This document shows, one piece after another, positions 1 through 8,701 of a stretch of 36,227 nucleotides of DNA. The stretch spans positions 1 to 36,227 of the forward strand of contig WUQV01000308.1 in NCBI GenBank assembly GCA_009889585.1. Reading direction: 5' to 3'. The position numbers and the translations under genes are program-made. Positions within the stretch are counted from its first letter, which is position 1. Each line of letters begins with the position of its first letter. Under the pieces are notes generated by a model. The model ran no database searches. It was not told the origin of the DNA and worked only from the letters and a program-made list of their open reading frames with translations. The DNA is from Candidatus Bathyarchaeota archaeon. Lineage in GTDB: Archaea; Thermoproteota; Bathyarchaeia; Bathyarchaeales; WUQV01.

Positions 1-1
1 A

Positions 2-130
2 GCAGAGGCTCAGATTAAAACTGAGAAAAGGGTGAGCGAGTTAGCCGAAGCTCAGACGAGGATGGAGAAATCGATAAACGAGCTAGCAGAGGCTCAGATT
101 AGAACGGAGAAAAGGGTGAGCGAGTTAGCC
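2..130 (+). repeat. In-frame tandem repeat (42-nt unit, 84-nt super-unit) encoding the 14-aa coiled-coil repeats
   Basis: nt 2-46 (gcagaggctcagattaaaactgagaaaagggtgagcgagttagcc) recurs at 86-130 with 2 mismatches. A diverged copy lies between them. Confidence 0.85.
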
Positions 131-514
131 ATGCACGTTGGAAGGCTCGCTGAGGTTGTTGGCTATAGCTTGGAGGATATAGCTAAAGTCGTGGCCCCAG
201 GTTGGCTTTATAGGCATGAGGGAATAGAGGTTGAGGAGCTGGAGAGGAGGTTCGTAATAATCGATAAAGAAGAGATTGAGATAAACCTTTATGGCGAAGG
301 GGTCTGGAAGGATGAAAAGGTAATTGTGCTAGGTGAAGTTAAGTCTAGAATATATACGAGAGAGGTTGAAGAGTTCGATGAGAAAGTGGCTAAAGTAGAG
401 AGAATTCTTCCGGGGAGGAAGTATAAGCTTCTCTTCGGATACCTTATACATCCATCGGCTGAGGGGGAGGCGCGAAGGCGCGGTATAAAGCTAATAGCTT
501 CGTACATGAGGTGA
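2..514 (+). CDS. Coiled-coil repeat protein (DUF3782-like) with a C-terminal PD-(D/E)XK-like nuclease-fold domain; the 5' end runs off the window
   Basis: The frame of ORF 32..514 stays open back to nt 2, so the GTG at 32 is internal. The N-terminus has three 14-aa repeats, AEAQ-x3-EK-x3-EL. The C-terminal part (IIDKEEIEINLYGEG...VLGEVKSRI) shows a D...E-x-K pattern. The family call is from memory. Confidence 0.6.
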   Translation, partial: AEAQIKTEKRVSELAEAQTRMEKSINELAEAQIRTEKRVSELAMHVGRLAEVVGYSLEDIAKVVAPGWLYRHEGIEVEELERRFVIIDKEEIEINLYGEGVWKDEKVIVLGEVKSRIYTREVEEFDEKVAKVERILPGRKYKLLFGYLIHPSAEGEARRRGIKLIASYMR

Positions 515-548
515 AGCTCTCCATAAATATACCGCTGCGTCAAATTCT

Positions 549-1073
549 ATGAGAACAGCGATGAAGGTCCTTGTTACCGCTCACAGAGGATGCGAAAGGG
601 GCTTGCTCGAGGAGCTTAAGGACTTAGGATCGTTTCAGGGGACCGCGTTTAAGGACGTATTGATGGGGGAGGTTGACGATTTAAACAGGTTCCTCGAGGA
701 GACGGATAAGAGGGCTCTTTTCTCGCTCAGCAGGATAGCTCCGATCGAGAAGTCGTTCCGCTTTTCCCCTAAAAATGCCGTAGAGGTCTTTAAGGCCGAG
801 GTCAAACCGTTCGTCGATCGAATAGGAAGGGGCGAGACCTTTTGCGTTAAGGTCAATAGAAGGGGGATGAAGGGCATAATTTCATCGCAGCAGATGGCCA
901 AAGAGGTAGGTTCGTTCATATGGACTTTGTTGAAGGAAAGGGATGGAGTAGAGCCGAAGGTTGATCTAAAGGATCCCAATAAGGCGATAGTCTTCGAAAC
1001 CCTCGGCAATTGGTGCGGGATAAGTTTGATATCAAAGGAGATGAGAAAAAGGTACTTCTACGTGAGGTTATGA
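549..1073 (+). CDS. Small THUMP-domain RNA-binding protein
   Basis: 174-aa ORF. The C-terminal half (FCVKVNRRGMKG...AKEVGSFI...KVDLKDPNKAIVFETLGNWCGISL) resembles stand-alone archaeal THUMP proteins. Recognised from memory only. Confidence 0.65.
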   Translation: MRTAMKVLVTAHRGCERGLLEELKDLGSFQGTAFKDVLMGEVDDLNRFLEETDKRALFSLSRIAPIEKSFRFSPKNAVEVFKAEVKPFVDRIGRGETFCVKVNRRGMKGIISSQQMAKEVGSFIWTLLKERDGVEPKVDLKDPNKAIVFETLGNWCGISLISKEMRKRYFYVRL

Positions 1074-2039
1074 ATTTAATCTGTCGATCGATCAGTTCAA
1101 GAGAAAGCTGCCTTTAAGGCGTTAAAGGCTCATAAATATAATATATCACGTGTCTATCTTAGGCCTTCTCATGATTAAGATCCTCTTTTATGCTCTCCAC
1201 AGCTTCAAACATTGCTCCTCTAGGCGCTTCGACGCCTGGAATTCGATGTCAGCCCCTCGGTATCAAATAATCTTTAACCTCTCTTCTTTATCCGCAGTCC
1301 TAAACTCATAAGGCTTAGTTAACGATATGAAGCTTTAAGCCCCTTTGAAGGCCTCTTTAAAAACATGCTCCTATTAGCGCCCATGTTGATGATGCGCTTG
1401 AGCTTCATAAAAACTAACTGAGAAGGCTCCCTCGCTAAAGCAAGAAGCTTTCTCAGCTAGTTTTTATAACTTTCCGTTAGCCCATTTGACGCTCGCCGAA
1501 GCTGTTTAACTGCTGTTAGCTGAGACGAAAGACCCGTAGCATGATTAGGATATCATTAAAGATCGTTAGAACTTATAAGCGATGGAAAAATTAATAAAGG
1601 GAATAATTCACCTATAGTCATGTCATATAAATTCATCTTTTGACCTTTCAAATGTTTCCGCGCACATTTTTCGCGGAGATCGCTAAGCTCGGCTATCAAA
1701 CGGATGTGCATAAGAAGGTTAGCGCGATCCTCGCAGCATCATTGAAAAATTTAAGATCCAAGAAGCGACGGGCTTTAACTTAACAGATGCGATTCTCCTA
1801 CTTCAAGGCTTCGGACGTGCAAGCTAGAAGCCTATCGGAAAGGGAGAGGTTCGCTCAGACGAGAAAAAGGGTGCTTTTTCTATTGAACTACTCCAGAAAA
1901 TACATGGACGATCGTTGTAGGACGATTTTCAATACGGACATTCCATCCTACATTTGCGCACGTTATTCCCCGGATTGCTTAATCAACAGGGTTTGTTAGC
2001 AGTTCCTGCATCCCAAAGGTTTTGAAGGCCAAACGATAT

Positions 2040-2340
2040 GAAGTCGTCGTTAGGGTTGCGTGCGGTGAGGAGATAAGGATAGCTGGGAGTTGGTGAACTA
2101 CCCCTTCCTATCGTAAGGGGCTTCCTGCTTCAACGACGGCCTGCTAGCGTCTCCACAGGCTTAAACTCGGGCTATCCCGCTTCAACTCCCCTTTGGCTTT
2201 ACGGGATGCAGGGATTGAAGCGGCGCTACGCATCCCGACCTTATGCCTGCAGGTAGACGAATTAACGCGTATGAATTGGGGATGTAAGCGCATCGGATTT
2301 CATACCCTCACGGAAGGGGACTTCCCGCCGATGTAGTTAA
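2040..2340. ncRNA. Candidate structured non-coding RNA of unassigned family; weak preference for the minus strand
   Basis: ORF-free stretch that is GC-richer than the 1 kb to its left. Helix 2203-2209/2230-2236 (gggatgc/gcatccc) interlocks with a 10-bp helix 2177-2186/2214-2223, giving pseudoknot topology. There are hairpins at 2101-2120 and 2312-2325, and a helix 2291-2296/2328-2333. One terminal pair is G-U only if the minus strand is transcribed. Confidence 0.3.
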
Positions 2341-2351
2341 AGAAAACCTTC

Positions 2352-3179
2352 TTAAGGTAGCGCATTAATCAACGCCCCGAAGTCCTCTGGCGCGAGCTCT
2401 CTAACTCGCTTATCTTCATATGGAAGGGATTCAGCTAACTTTAACGCGTTATCCTTCCTTAAGTCCATCCGCCTCATTAAGAATTGTACGATCACGCTCC
2501 GCACCTTCTTATTGCGTTGAGTGAACAAAAATTGAACGAGCTCGTTAAAAGCCCCTTCGTCCTTAACGTAGAACGGCGGGGTTCCCCTCGGCCTTAAACG
2601 GACTATGATGGAGTCGACGTCTGGAGGCGGGTAAAAAGCCTCCCTTGGGATGAAGTCCAAGAGCTCGACTTCTGCCTTATAATACGTCATCACGGTCAGC
2701 CGACTGTAACAATCGCTTCCAATAGGCGCGTTTAACCTCTCGGCGAACTCCCTTTGAAACGTCAATACGGCGCACTTAAACGGCCTATCGAAGAGCCAAA
2801 ATAACAATGGCGATGAGATGGAGTAAGGCGGAGTCGAGACGACCTTATCGAAGCTAGGGACTTGAACCTTTAAGATGTCCCCTTCGATTAACTCTACGTT
2901 CTCCAACTTTAAACGGTTAAGCCTCTCCTTTAAGGCCTTTACGAGCTTTCGATCAACTTCGACGGCTATCACCTTCTTACATATCTTAGCTATTAACTCC
3001 GTTAAGAAGCCAAGGCCTGCTCCAACCTCTAAAACTACGTCATCTTCACGAACGTTTGCATAAGAGGTCATGCGCTTTAAAAAGCGGCTATCAACTGCAA
3101 AGTTCTGCCCTAAGCTCTTCTTAGGGCGTATATCGTACTGACGTAAAAGCGACCTTACGTAACCGTAATCGTACATCAT
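2352..3179 (-). CDS. rsmA: 16S rRNA (adenine1518/1519-N6)-dimethyltransferase KsgA/Dim1
   Basis: Motifs KKSLGQNFAVD, the SAM-binding VLEVGAGLGFLT, and VVSTPPYSISSP. 275 aa. Sits in the conserved archaeal L21e-RpoF-DUF655-KsgA cluster. Confidence 0.95.
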   Translation of the reverse strand: MMYDYGYVRSLLRQYDIRPKKSLGQNFAVDSRFLKRMTSYANVREDDVVLEVGAGLGFLTELIAKICKKVIAVEVDRKLVKALKERLNRLKLENVELIEGDILKVQVPSFDKVVSTPPYSISSPLLFWLFDRPFKCAVLTFQREFAERLNAPIGSDCYSRLTVMTYYKAEVELLDFIPREAFYPPPDVDSIIVRLRPRGTPPFYVKDEGAFNELVQFLFTQRNKKVRSVIVQFLMRRMDLRKDNALKLAESLPYEDKRVRELAPEDFGALINALP

Positions 3180-3745
3180 GCCCTAGTAAACAATCGATAC
3201 TTGCTCTCCCCCATTAACTCTTCGATCACCCTTTTTGCTATTAACTTAGCTGGGTTGGGAACGTTAGTCCTCTTTTGCAAATCCTCAAAGCCCTCAAATG
3301 ACTTAACCTCACGTTCATTCACTATTTGCCACATGTACTTCTTGCCAATGCCAGGTATAAGCTCTAAGGCATGCATACGAGGAGTAATCGCTTGAGATGT
3401 ATTAAAGAAGTTAACGAAGAATTTCTCACGATTGAGGACTATTTTTTCAACAACGCTTACAAGTTCCATCTTCGCATTCGTCGTTAGCTCATTGTAGCTA
3501 ATCCTTCCGAGTATATACATTACCTCATCACGAGCTTCCTTACCGACGTAAACGCGATCATGAGGCCTTAACACCACGCCCTCTCTCGCGAGGGCCTCTA
3601 AAAGGGTGAAGTAATCCTCTCCAACGAGTTGAATTAAAGCACCTGCCTTACGGCTGAGCTTAAGGCTGAACCTAGCCCCCGGCCTGCCGTGAGGTAGAAA
3701 GTCTAAGACGTAAGCGTACTCCTCAAAAAGCTGCCTTCTCTCCAT
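3176..3745 (-). CDS. DUF655/COG1491 predicted RNA-binding protein with a C-terminal helix-hairpin-helix
   Basis: N-terminal EEYAYVLDFLPHGRPG and C-terminal LELIPGIGKKYMWQIV (HhH-like). It has a 4-nt overlap with ksgA and the expected cluster position. Confidence 0.8.
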   Translation of the reverse strand: MERRQLFEEYAYVLDFLPHGRPGARFSLKLSRKAGALIQLVGEDYFTLLEALAREGVVLRPHDRVYVGKEARDEVMYILGRISYNELTTNAKMELVSVVEKIVLNREKFFVNFFNTSQAITPRMHALELIPGIGKKYMWQIVNEREVKSFEGFEDLQKRTNVPNPAKLIAKRVIEELMGESKYRLFTRA

Positions 3746-3785
3746 AGGGTTTCGCCTAGGTTAAGCGAAGGGCTTACGAGCCTCC

Positions 3786-4133
3786 TCACTTCTTACTTTT
3801 GGCTTCATTCAAAAGGGCTAACATCCCCTCCAATTTAGAGGCTTCTATAATGCCCCTTCCTCCGGCTAAGAATACCCTTAGCTCTTCAACACTCTCCGGC
3901 ATGCAATTCGCTATTTGAATTGCTTCCCTCGGCTCTAAACCGTACTCCTCAATTAGCTTCTTCACTAAGGATTCAGCGGCTTCTACGTCAACCTTAGAGA
4001 ACTTCAAGGCGTAATCTAACGTCCTACGTTGGAATTGATCTAACTTCTCCTCTCCTACTCCCTCTAAAATCTTCTTCACCTGCGAAAGCGTAAGGAGCTT
4101 CTCCTCCATTAACCTCCTGGACATATTAACCAC
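3786..4133 (-). CDS. rpoF: DNA-directed RNA polymerase subunit F (Rpo4)
   Basis: 115-aa acidic helical protein immediately downstream of L21e, with an 8-nt overlap. Size and context match archaeal Rpo4/RpoF. Confidence 0.8.
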   Translation of the reverse strand: MVNMSRRLMEEKLLTLSQVKKILEGVGEEKLDQFQRRTLDYALKFSKVDVEAAESLVKKLIEEYGLEPREAIQIANCMPESVEELRVFLAGGRGIIEASKLEGMLALLNEAKSKK

Positions 4134-4419
4134 TTAATGGGCTTAAGTGTTCGGGCCCTACTACGACCTCCTTAATGGCATTACCTTGGCTTACGCTAAT
4201 GACGTAAGATCTACCGCGCCTTCCCATTACCGTCCCCACTTGGCCGTGGTACCTTCGATGAGGCATGCCCCTATGGACGCTCGGCTCGATCTTAATGACG
4301 ACTTTTTCGCCTAACTCGTACTCACGGAGCAACCTACTTAGCCCTAATTTCCCCCTTTCACGAGGGCTCTTCCTCAACAACGATCGAGTCCCGTGTTTAT
4401 ATCCGTGTGACTTCCTCAT
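4126..4419 (-). CDS. rpl21e: 50S ribosomal protein L21e
   Basis: MRKSHGYKHGTRSLLRK...MPHRRYHGQVGTV is characteristic of L21e. 97 aa. Confidence 0.95.
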   Translation of the reverse strand: MRKSHGYKHGTRSLLRKSPRERGKLGLSRLLREYELGEKVVIKIEPSVHRGMPHRRYHGQVGTVMGRRGRSYVISVSQGNAIKEVVVGPEHLSPLSG

Positions 4420-5750
4420 GGCACATCCTTCGAGCCGACGCTTAATACGTCTAAACTAATCGGCACGACCTTCGCTTTGAGCATTTCGGATACGCTAGGC
4501 TTCGTTCTTCCTTCATCGCCCGTTATCAGCTCCTTAACGTACAAGCCCCCTTGACACTTGATTATCATCTCCGCCTTATTCAACGAAAGCCTTTTAACCT
4601 TCGCCTCATACACGAGCCTCTCCCTAATTAAATCAGCCCGACGATGTAAGACCCTTAACGGAGTACGTTGAAGGATTTTGCAATTCATTAACGCCTTCTC
4701 CAATTGGGCGAGCTCTTCGTCGGAAACCTCTCGATCTAGCTCCACGATCGTTCGGTACGTTTTCTCAACGACGTCAAGGCTTTTAATCATTCGGACGGCG
4801 CTTTTATCCACGGACTTTAAACAATGAACCTCGACCTTCCCCCTCGCGTTTTCATTAATAGTCCTTTCTAACTCCGTTAGGTCTAAGAATCGTTTCCTCG
4901 GCCTCTTCACCTCAACGACGAACGGGCGCCCGAGCCCTAGCGTACGAGCGTCTACGTCTTCCCTTCCCGATGCGTGAAAGGCGAAGCCCTCGCCATCCGT
5001 CGCCTTAAGCATTGGAATGGAGATAAGCTCAGCCACTGACTCTAAGTACATCCTCCCAGTCCAATTACAACGAGGACATCCGCTTCCTTTGCACTTAACG
5101 CAAACCCACTTGGATTGAGGTATCCCGCGGACAAGCTTTAGATATCTTCCCGATATATAAAGCGGGTTCGCTTGAACCTTCACTTGAGCGATAAACGGGT
5201 TCACGAGGACGACTACATTAGGTTTCTTTAGATCCACCGGCTTCTTAACGACCTCAGCCACCCTCTTCCCTATCTCTCGACTAAACTCATTCCTTAAGTC
5301 CTCCCCATAAATTATTTCAAACTCTGCCTTAAGCTCATCCTCTTTTTCATCCACTTCTGAAGGAAGCTCAATACCTATTAAGAAAGTCGAGTATTCATAC
5401 TCACTTAATTTATTCACAACCTCCCTTACTAATTCATCAATAATTTGAAATTTACCTTCGCAAATATGACATTGAAGTGATTCACTAATCACTTCCTTTC
5501 CTAACCTCTTAAGAATTTCTCCAGCTATATGAAGCCCTCCATTAATCATTAACGCCTTAAGCATAACAATCCCTTTTTCATCATCAGCTAAAGCTAATCG
5601 ATGCGCTTCCATTAATAATGCTTGCTTTATCACTTTTCCCCTTTCTTCATTACTAATTCCATAACTTAACATAGCAAACTGCCTACCTAAACAATTATCA
5701 CAAAGTGAATATTTCTCAATCATCTTCTGAGCCTTCTCCAAGACTTTCAT
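4416..5750 (-). CDS. pus10: tRNA pseudouridine(54/55) synthase Pus10
   Basis: N-terminal zinc-ribbon cysteines (CDNCLGRQF, CHICEGK), a second Cys cluster (CVKCKGSGCPRCNWTG), and the catalytic region GREDVDARTLGLGRPFVVEV. 444 aa. Confidence 0.9.
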   Translation of the reverse strand: MKVLEKAQKMIEKYSLCDNCLGRQFAMLSYGISNEERGKVIKQALLMEAHRLALADDEKGIVMLKALMINGGLHIAGEILKRLGKEVISESLQCHICEGKFQIIDELVREVVNKLSEYEYSTFLIGIELPSEVDEKEDELKAEFEIIYGEDLRNEFSREIGKRVAEVVKKPVDLKKPNVVVLVNPFIAQVKVQANPLYISGRYLKLVRGIPQSKWVCVKCKGSGCPRCNWTGRMYLESVAELISIPMLKATDGEGFAFHASGREDVDARTLGLGRPFVVEVKRPRKRFLDLTELERTINENARGKVEVHCLKSVDKSAVRMIKSLDVVEKTYRTIVELDREVSDEELAQLEKALMNCKILQRTPLRVLHRRADLIRERLVYEAKVKRLSLNKAEMIIKCQGGLYVKELITGDEGRTKPSVSEMLKAKVVPISLDVLSVGSKDVP

Positions 5751-5771
5751 AAACTTAACACATCCACATAC

Positions 5772-7112
5772 TCAACCATTAGCTTTAAGAAGCTCCTTAA
5801 AAGGCCCCTTAAGCGCCTTCAACCCTTTTCTTCTTAAAGACTTCATCATACGCTTCATCAAAAAATATTGCTGAAGTAACTCCTTAACTTCCTTCTCAGA
5901 CGTCCCAGAGCCTCTCGCTACCCTTCTCACCCTTGACGAGTTAAAGACCTTTGGGTTCTCCCTTTCTTCAACAGTCATAGATTGTATGATGTACTGCCAT
6001 TTTTCGAATTTCTCCTCAGCCGTTTTCAATATTTCATCGGGGACGTTATACGAAAGGCCTGGAACCATCTTAAGGAGCTTAACGAGCGGCCCCATCTTTC
6101 GTACAGCTTTAAACTGTTCGTACACATCCGTTAACGTGAGCTTCTTACTTAAGAGCGCCTTAACGCCTTCCTCCGTTACCTCGACCTCGGCCTCTCGAAC
6201 CTTCTCGATTAAAGCCTTAACGTCTCCCATCCCTAACAATCGGCCGACGAAACGAGAGGGAACGAACGGCTCGATGTCCTCGATCTTTTCGCCAGCGCTA
6301 ATGAACTTTATAGGAGCTCCTACGGCTGCAACTGCAGAAAGGGCTCCTCCACCTCTCGCCGAGCCGTTCAACTTCGTCACTAAAATCGATCCTATTGGCG
6401 TCGCCTCGTGAAACGCCTTGGCCTGGGCCGTCGCTTGTTGGCCTATCGTGCCGTCGAGGACGAGCATTATTTCGTCCGGCTTTATCGCCGCCTCAAGTTG
6501 CTTCATCTCCTCGATTAAGCCCTTCTCCTCCTTATGCCGTCCAGCCGTATCGACTATTATCACGTCGTACCCTTCGAACCGCCTTAACCCCTCCAAGGCT
6601 ATTTCGACGGGATTCTCCCGCCCGGATCCGCCGTAAACGGGTACGTTGACCTTAGCCGCCAGCTGTTGAAGTTGAGCTAGTGCCCCAGGTCTATACGTAT
6701 CGGCACAAACGAGGGCTGCTTTTAACCCTCTCTTTTGTAAGTACCTCGCAAGCTTAACTGCAGCCGTCGTCTTGCCCGAGCCTTGTATGCCTATTAACAT
6801 CACGGCCTTTTTCTTCTTAGGCTCAACATCGAACGAAGCTGGCTTCTCGCCTAGCAACCGAGTTAGCTCGTCGTACACGACTTTTACGACGTGCTCCTTC
6901 CTAGACACGCCTGGAGGGACCTTCTCCTTAAGGGCTCGCTCCTCAATCCTCCTCGATAGGTCGAAAACGAGCTTGACGTTCACGTCTGCTTGTAACAAGG
7001 CCCTTTGGATATCTCGGACGAGCTCCTTCACCGTCGATTCATCAGCGATCGGAGCTCGAAAGACCTTTCGTAAGGCCTCGTGTAACGACGAGCCGAGCTT
7101 CTCGAGCACCAT
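5772..7112 (-). CDS. srp54: Signal recognition particle protein SRP54
   Basis: P-loop GIQGSGKTTAAVKLA, DTAGRH, TKLNGSARGGGALS, and a Met-rich C-terminal M domain. 446 aa. Confidence 0.97.
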   Translation of the reverse strand: MVLEKLGSSLHEALRKVFRAPIADESTVKELVRDIQRALLQADVNVKLVFDLSRRIEERALKEKVPPGVSRKEHVVKVVYDELTRLLGEKPASFDVEPKKKKAVMLIGIQGSGKTTAAVKLARYLQKRGLKAALVCADTYRPGALAQLQQLAAKVNVPVYGGSGRENPVEIALEGLRRFEGYDVIIVDTAGRHKEEKGLIEEMKQLEAAIKPDEIMLVLDGTIGQQATAQAKAFHEATPIGSILVTKLNGSARGGGALSAVAAVGAPIKFISAGEKIEDIEPFVPSRFVGRLLGMGDVKALIEKVREAEVEVTEEGVKALLSKKLTLTDVYEQFKAVRKMGPLVKLLKMVPGLSYNVPDEILKTAEEKFEKWQYIIQSMTVEERENPKVFNSSRVRRVARGSGTSEKEVKELLQQYFLMKRMMKSLRRKGLKALKGPFKELLKANG

Positions 7113-7244
7113 TATTCACCTTAATGAAGAATTACCCCCTTTAAGGGCGTTAAGGCATCCGTCCTTCGTCGTCTTTAATCGCGGCCATAGTTTCCCTCGC
7201 CTTTCGAAGGCAGGTCGGCAGCTAACGGAGCCAACCTTTAGCCT

Positions 7245-8189
7245 CTACGAGGCTACGGCCGGCTTCTCTAAGGCGGCCGCGACGATCAATGGGAACGCTA
7301 TCGTCGCGTCGCATACGACGGTGACGGCCTTTCCCTCGGGCTTAAGCTTCCCCCAGCTCACGGCTTCCTCTAACGAGGCTCCGCTTAAGCCCCCCGGCTC
7401 AGGGCGATCCATCGTTATTTGCACGACGCAATCGACTCCATCTCGAAACGTGTTCGCGAACAAGACGAAGTGCTTTGGCCATCCTCCGCCTAAGATGATC
7501 GCACCGACTCTCTTAGCTTCGTACACCTTGCTTACGATTAACTGAACGTCTAGCAATGGATCTAAGATCAACGTTCGATCTTGTCCGAAGGCCCAAAGTT
7601 GAAAGCCGATGATCGAATCAGGCAATCCAGGACATATGATCGGCACGCCTTTCCTAGCGGCAGCCGCTAATATTGAGCCTTCATCTTGAAGTCGCATGCC
7701 GATCTCATGAAGGATTTCAGCAGAGGATATCCTCTTCCTCTTTTGCTCTGGGATTTCCTCTAACGTTTGATATACCCAACGCTCTAACGCTTGAAATGCC
7801 TCCAGCTTCACGTAAATATCGGCTATTCGACTAATCCCCTCCTCCTTTAACTTCACATCTTCGACGTAAGCCGAGCCCACTTGATGTTTATAACCTAATG
7901 CCTCAAGCGCGTCGTGAACTACATTAGCACCCGTGCTTACTAATACGTGGACGTATCCATTTGTTATTAAATCGGCGATAACGCTCCTTAGCCCGCCTGG
8001 CACCAACGCCCCAGCTAAGGCTAAGAACACCGTGTAATCCGGCTCGTGGAACATCTTAGCAACAAGCTCAGCCGCTCTGCCGATCCTTCCCGCGCCGAGG
8101 ACCCCGCACCTCCTCATCTCATCGACTAGCTCGCTAACCTTTACGCCCGGCCGTAATCGCATCTGCTTAACGGCTCTCAACATACTCAC
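7245..8189 (-). CDS. dys: Deoxyhypusine synthase
   Basis: 314 aa with the typical layout (LVSTGANVVHD, ILGGGWPKHF). It lies directly upstream of its substrate gene aIF5A. Confidence 0.9.
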   Translation of the reverse strand: MSMLRAVKQMRLRPGVKVSELVDEMRRCGVLGAGRIGRAAELVAKMFHEPDYTVFLALAGALVPGGLRSVIADLITNGYVHVLVSTGANVVHDALEALGYKHQVGSAYVEDVKLKEEGISRIADIYVKLEAFQALERWVYQTLEEIPEQKRKRISSAEILHEIGMRLQDEGSILAAAARKGVPIICPGLPDSIIGFQLWAFGQDRTLILDPLLDVQLIVSKVYEAKRVGAIILGGGWPKHFVLFANTFRDGVDCVVQITMDRPEPGGLSGASLEEAVSWGKLKPEGKAVTVVCDATIAFPLIVAAALEKPAVAS

Positions 8190-8234
8190 GCAAGGCCATC
8201 CATCTATCTGGGCGAGAGCCGAGGCTTCAGAAGC

Positions 8235-8621
8235 TCACTTAGCCCTCACTACCTTCGTCCGACCTAATATCCGCCAGTACTCGACCTCCACGCCGGATTG
8301 CAAGCTTGGCGCTAGATCCTCCGGCAACGGCGTTTCGAACACCTCATACGTCTCTAAATCCATGATTTGAACGGAAGGCGGCGTTATCGATATCACTTGA
8401 CCTACTTTCTTCTCTATCAAAGGCACTTCAACTTGAGCGTCGACTGGCTTGACGATCTCCCTCCTTTGGTTGTCGAAGACCCCGATGGCGACGACTCTAG
8501 CCTTCGCCGACCCGTGCTTACCCGGCTTCGACTTCGTTAGCTCGACGACTTTACAAGGCTCGTCGTCGATTACGACGTATCCGCCGACGCGAATGCTTCC
8601 GACGTCCACGGGCTTGCTCAT
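8235..8621 (-). CDS. eif5a: Translation initiation factor 5A (aIF5A)
   Basis: Hypusine loop TKSKPGKHGSAKARV. 128 aa. Confidence 0.95.
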   Translation of the reverse strand: MSKPVDVGSIRVGGYVVIDDEPCKVVELTKSKPGKHGSAKARVVAIGVFDNQRREIVKPVDAQVEVPLIEKKVGQVISITPPSVQIMDLETYEVFETPLPEDLAPSLQSGVEVEYWRILGRTKVVRAK

Positions 8622-8701
8622 TTTACACCAACTGATCTCTCGACGAGCTTCGGTAATGATTTTAACAACGGCCTTATATAAGCCGAGGAACGGCGTCTAC
8701 G

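Noticed and set aside
289-1009. Minus-strand ORFs 289..543 and 635..1009
   Set aside because: They are antisense to the repeat/nuclease-like and THUMP genes, have Ser/Pro/Leu-rich low-complexity translations, and show no motifs.
1385-1421. Possible C/D box sRNA (TGATGA ... CTGA)
   Set aside because: The boxes are only 25 nt apart, with no internal D'/C' pair and no terminal stem. The spacing is incompatible with archaeal C/D sRNAs.
1787-1999. 70-aa plus-strand ORF in the ORF-free region
   Set aside because: No motifs and no obvious start context. It sits among stop-riddled fragments and is probably chance or part of a dead gene.
2123-2223. ATTGAAGC / GCTTCAAC motifs (plus GATTGAAAG at about 32112) resembling CRISPR repeat ends
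   Set aside because: There are only two direct copies 52 nt apart and one inverted copy. No full-length 24-37-nt repeat units, regular spacers or nearby cas genes are present. This is not a CRISPR array.
2040-2340. Naming the structured element as RNase P RNA or SRP (7S) RNA
   Set aside because: Only a partial GGGAAGUCC is present. It lies too close to the putative 5' end and itself forms a local hairpin. No CR-IV/CR-V (ACAGAA..GGCUUA) motifs, no SRP helix-8 GGAAG..AGCA motif and no rod-like long-range pairing were found. I left it unassigned.
6772-7545. 257-aa plus-strand ORF spanning the SRP54/deoxyhypusine synthase junction
   Set aside because: It is antisense to two strongly supported minus-strand genes, has a Ser/Thr-rich low-complexity translation, and crosses their intergenic gap. 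This is a shadow ORF.
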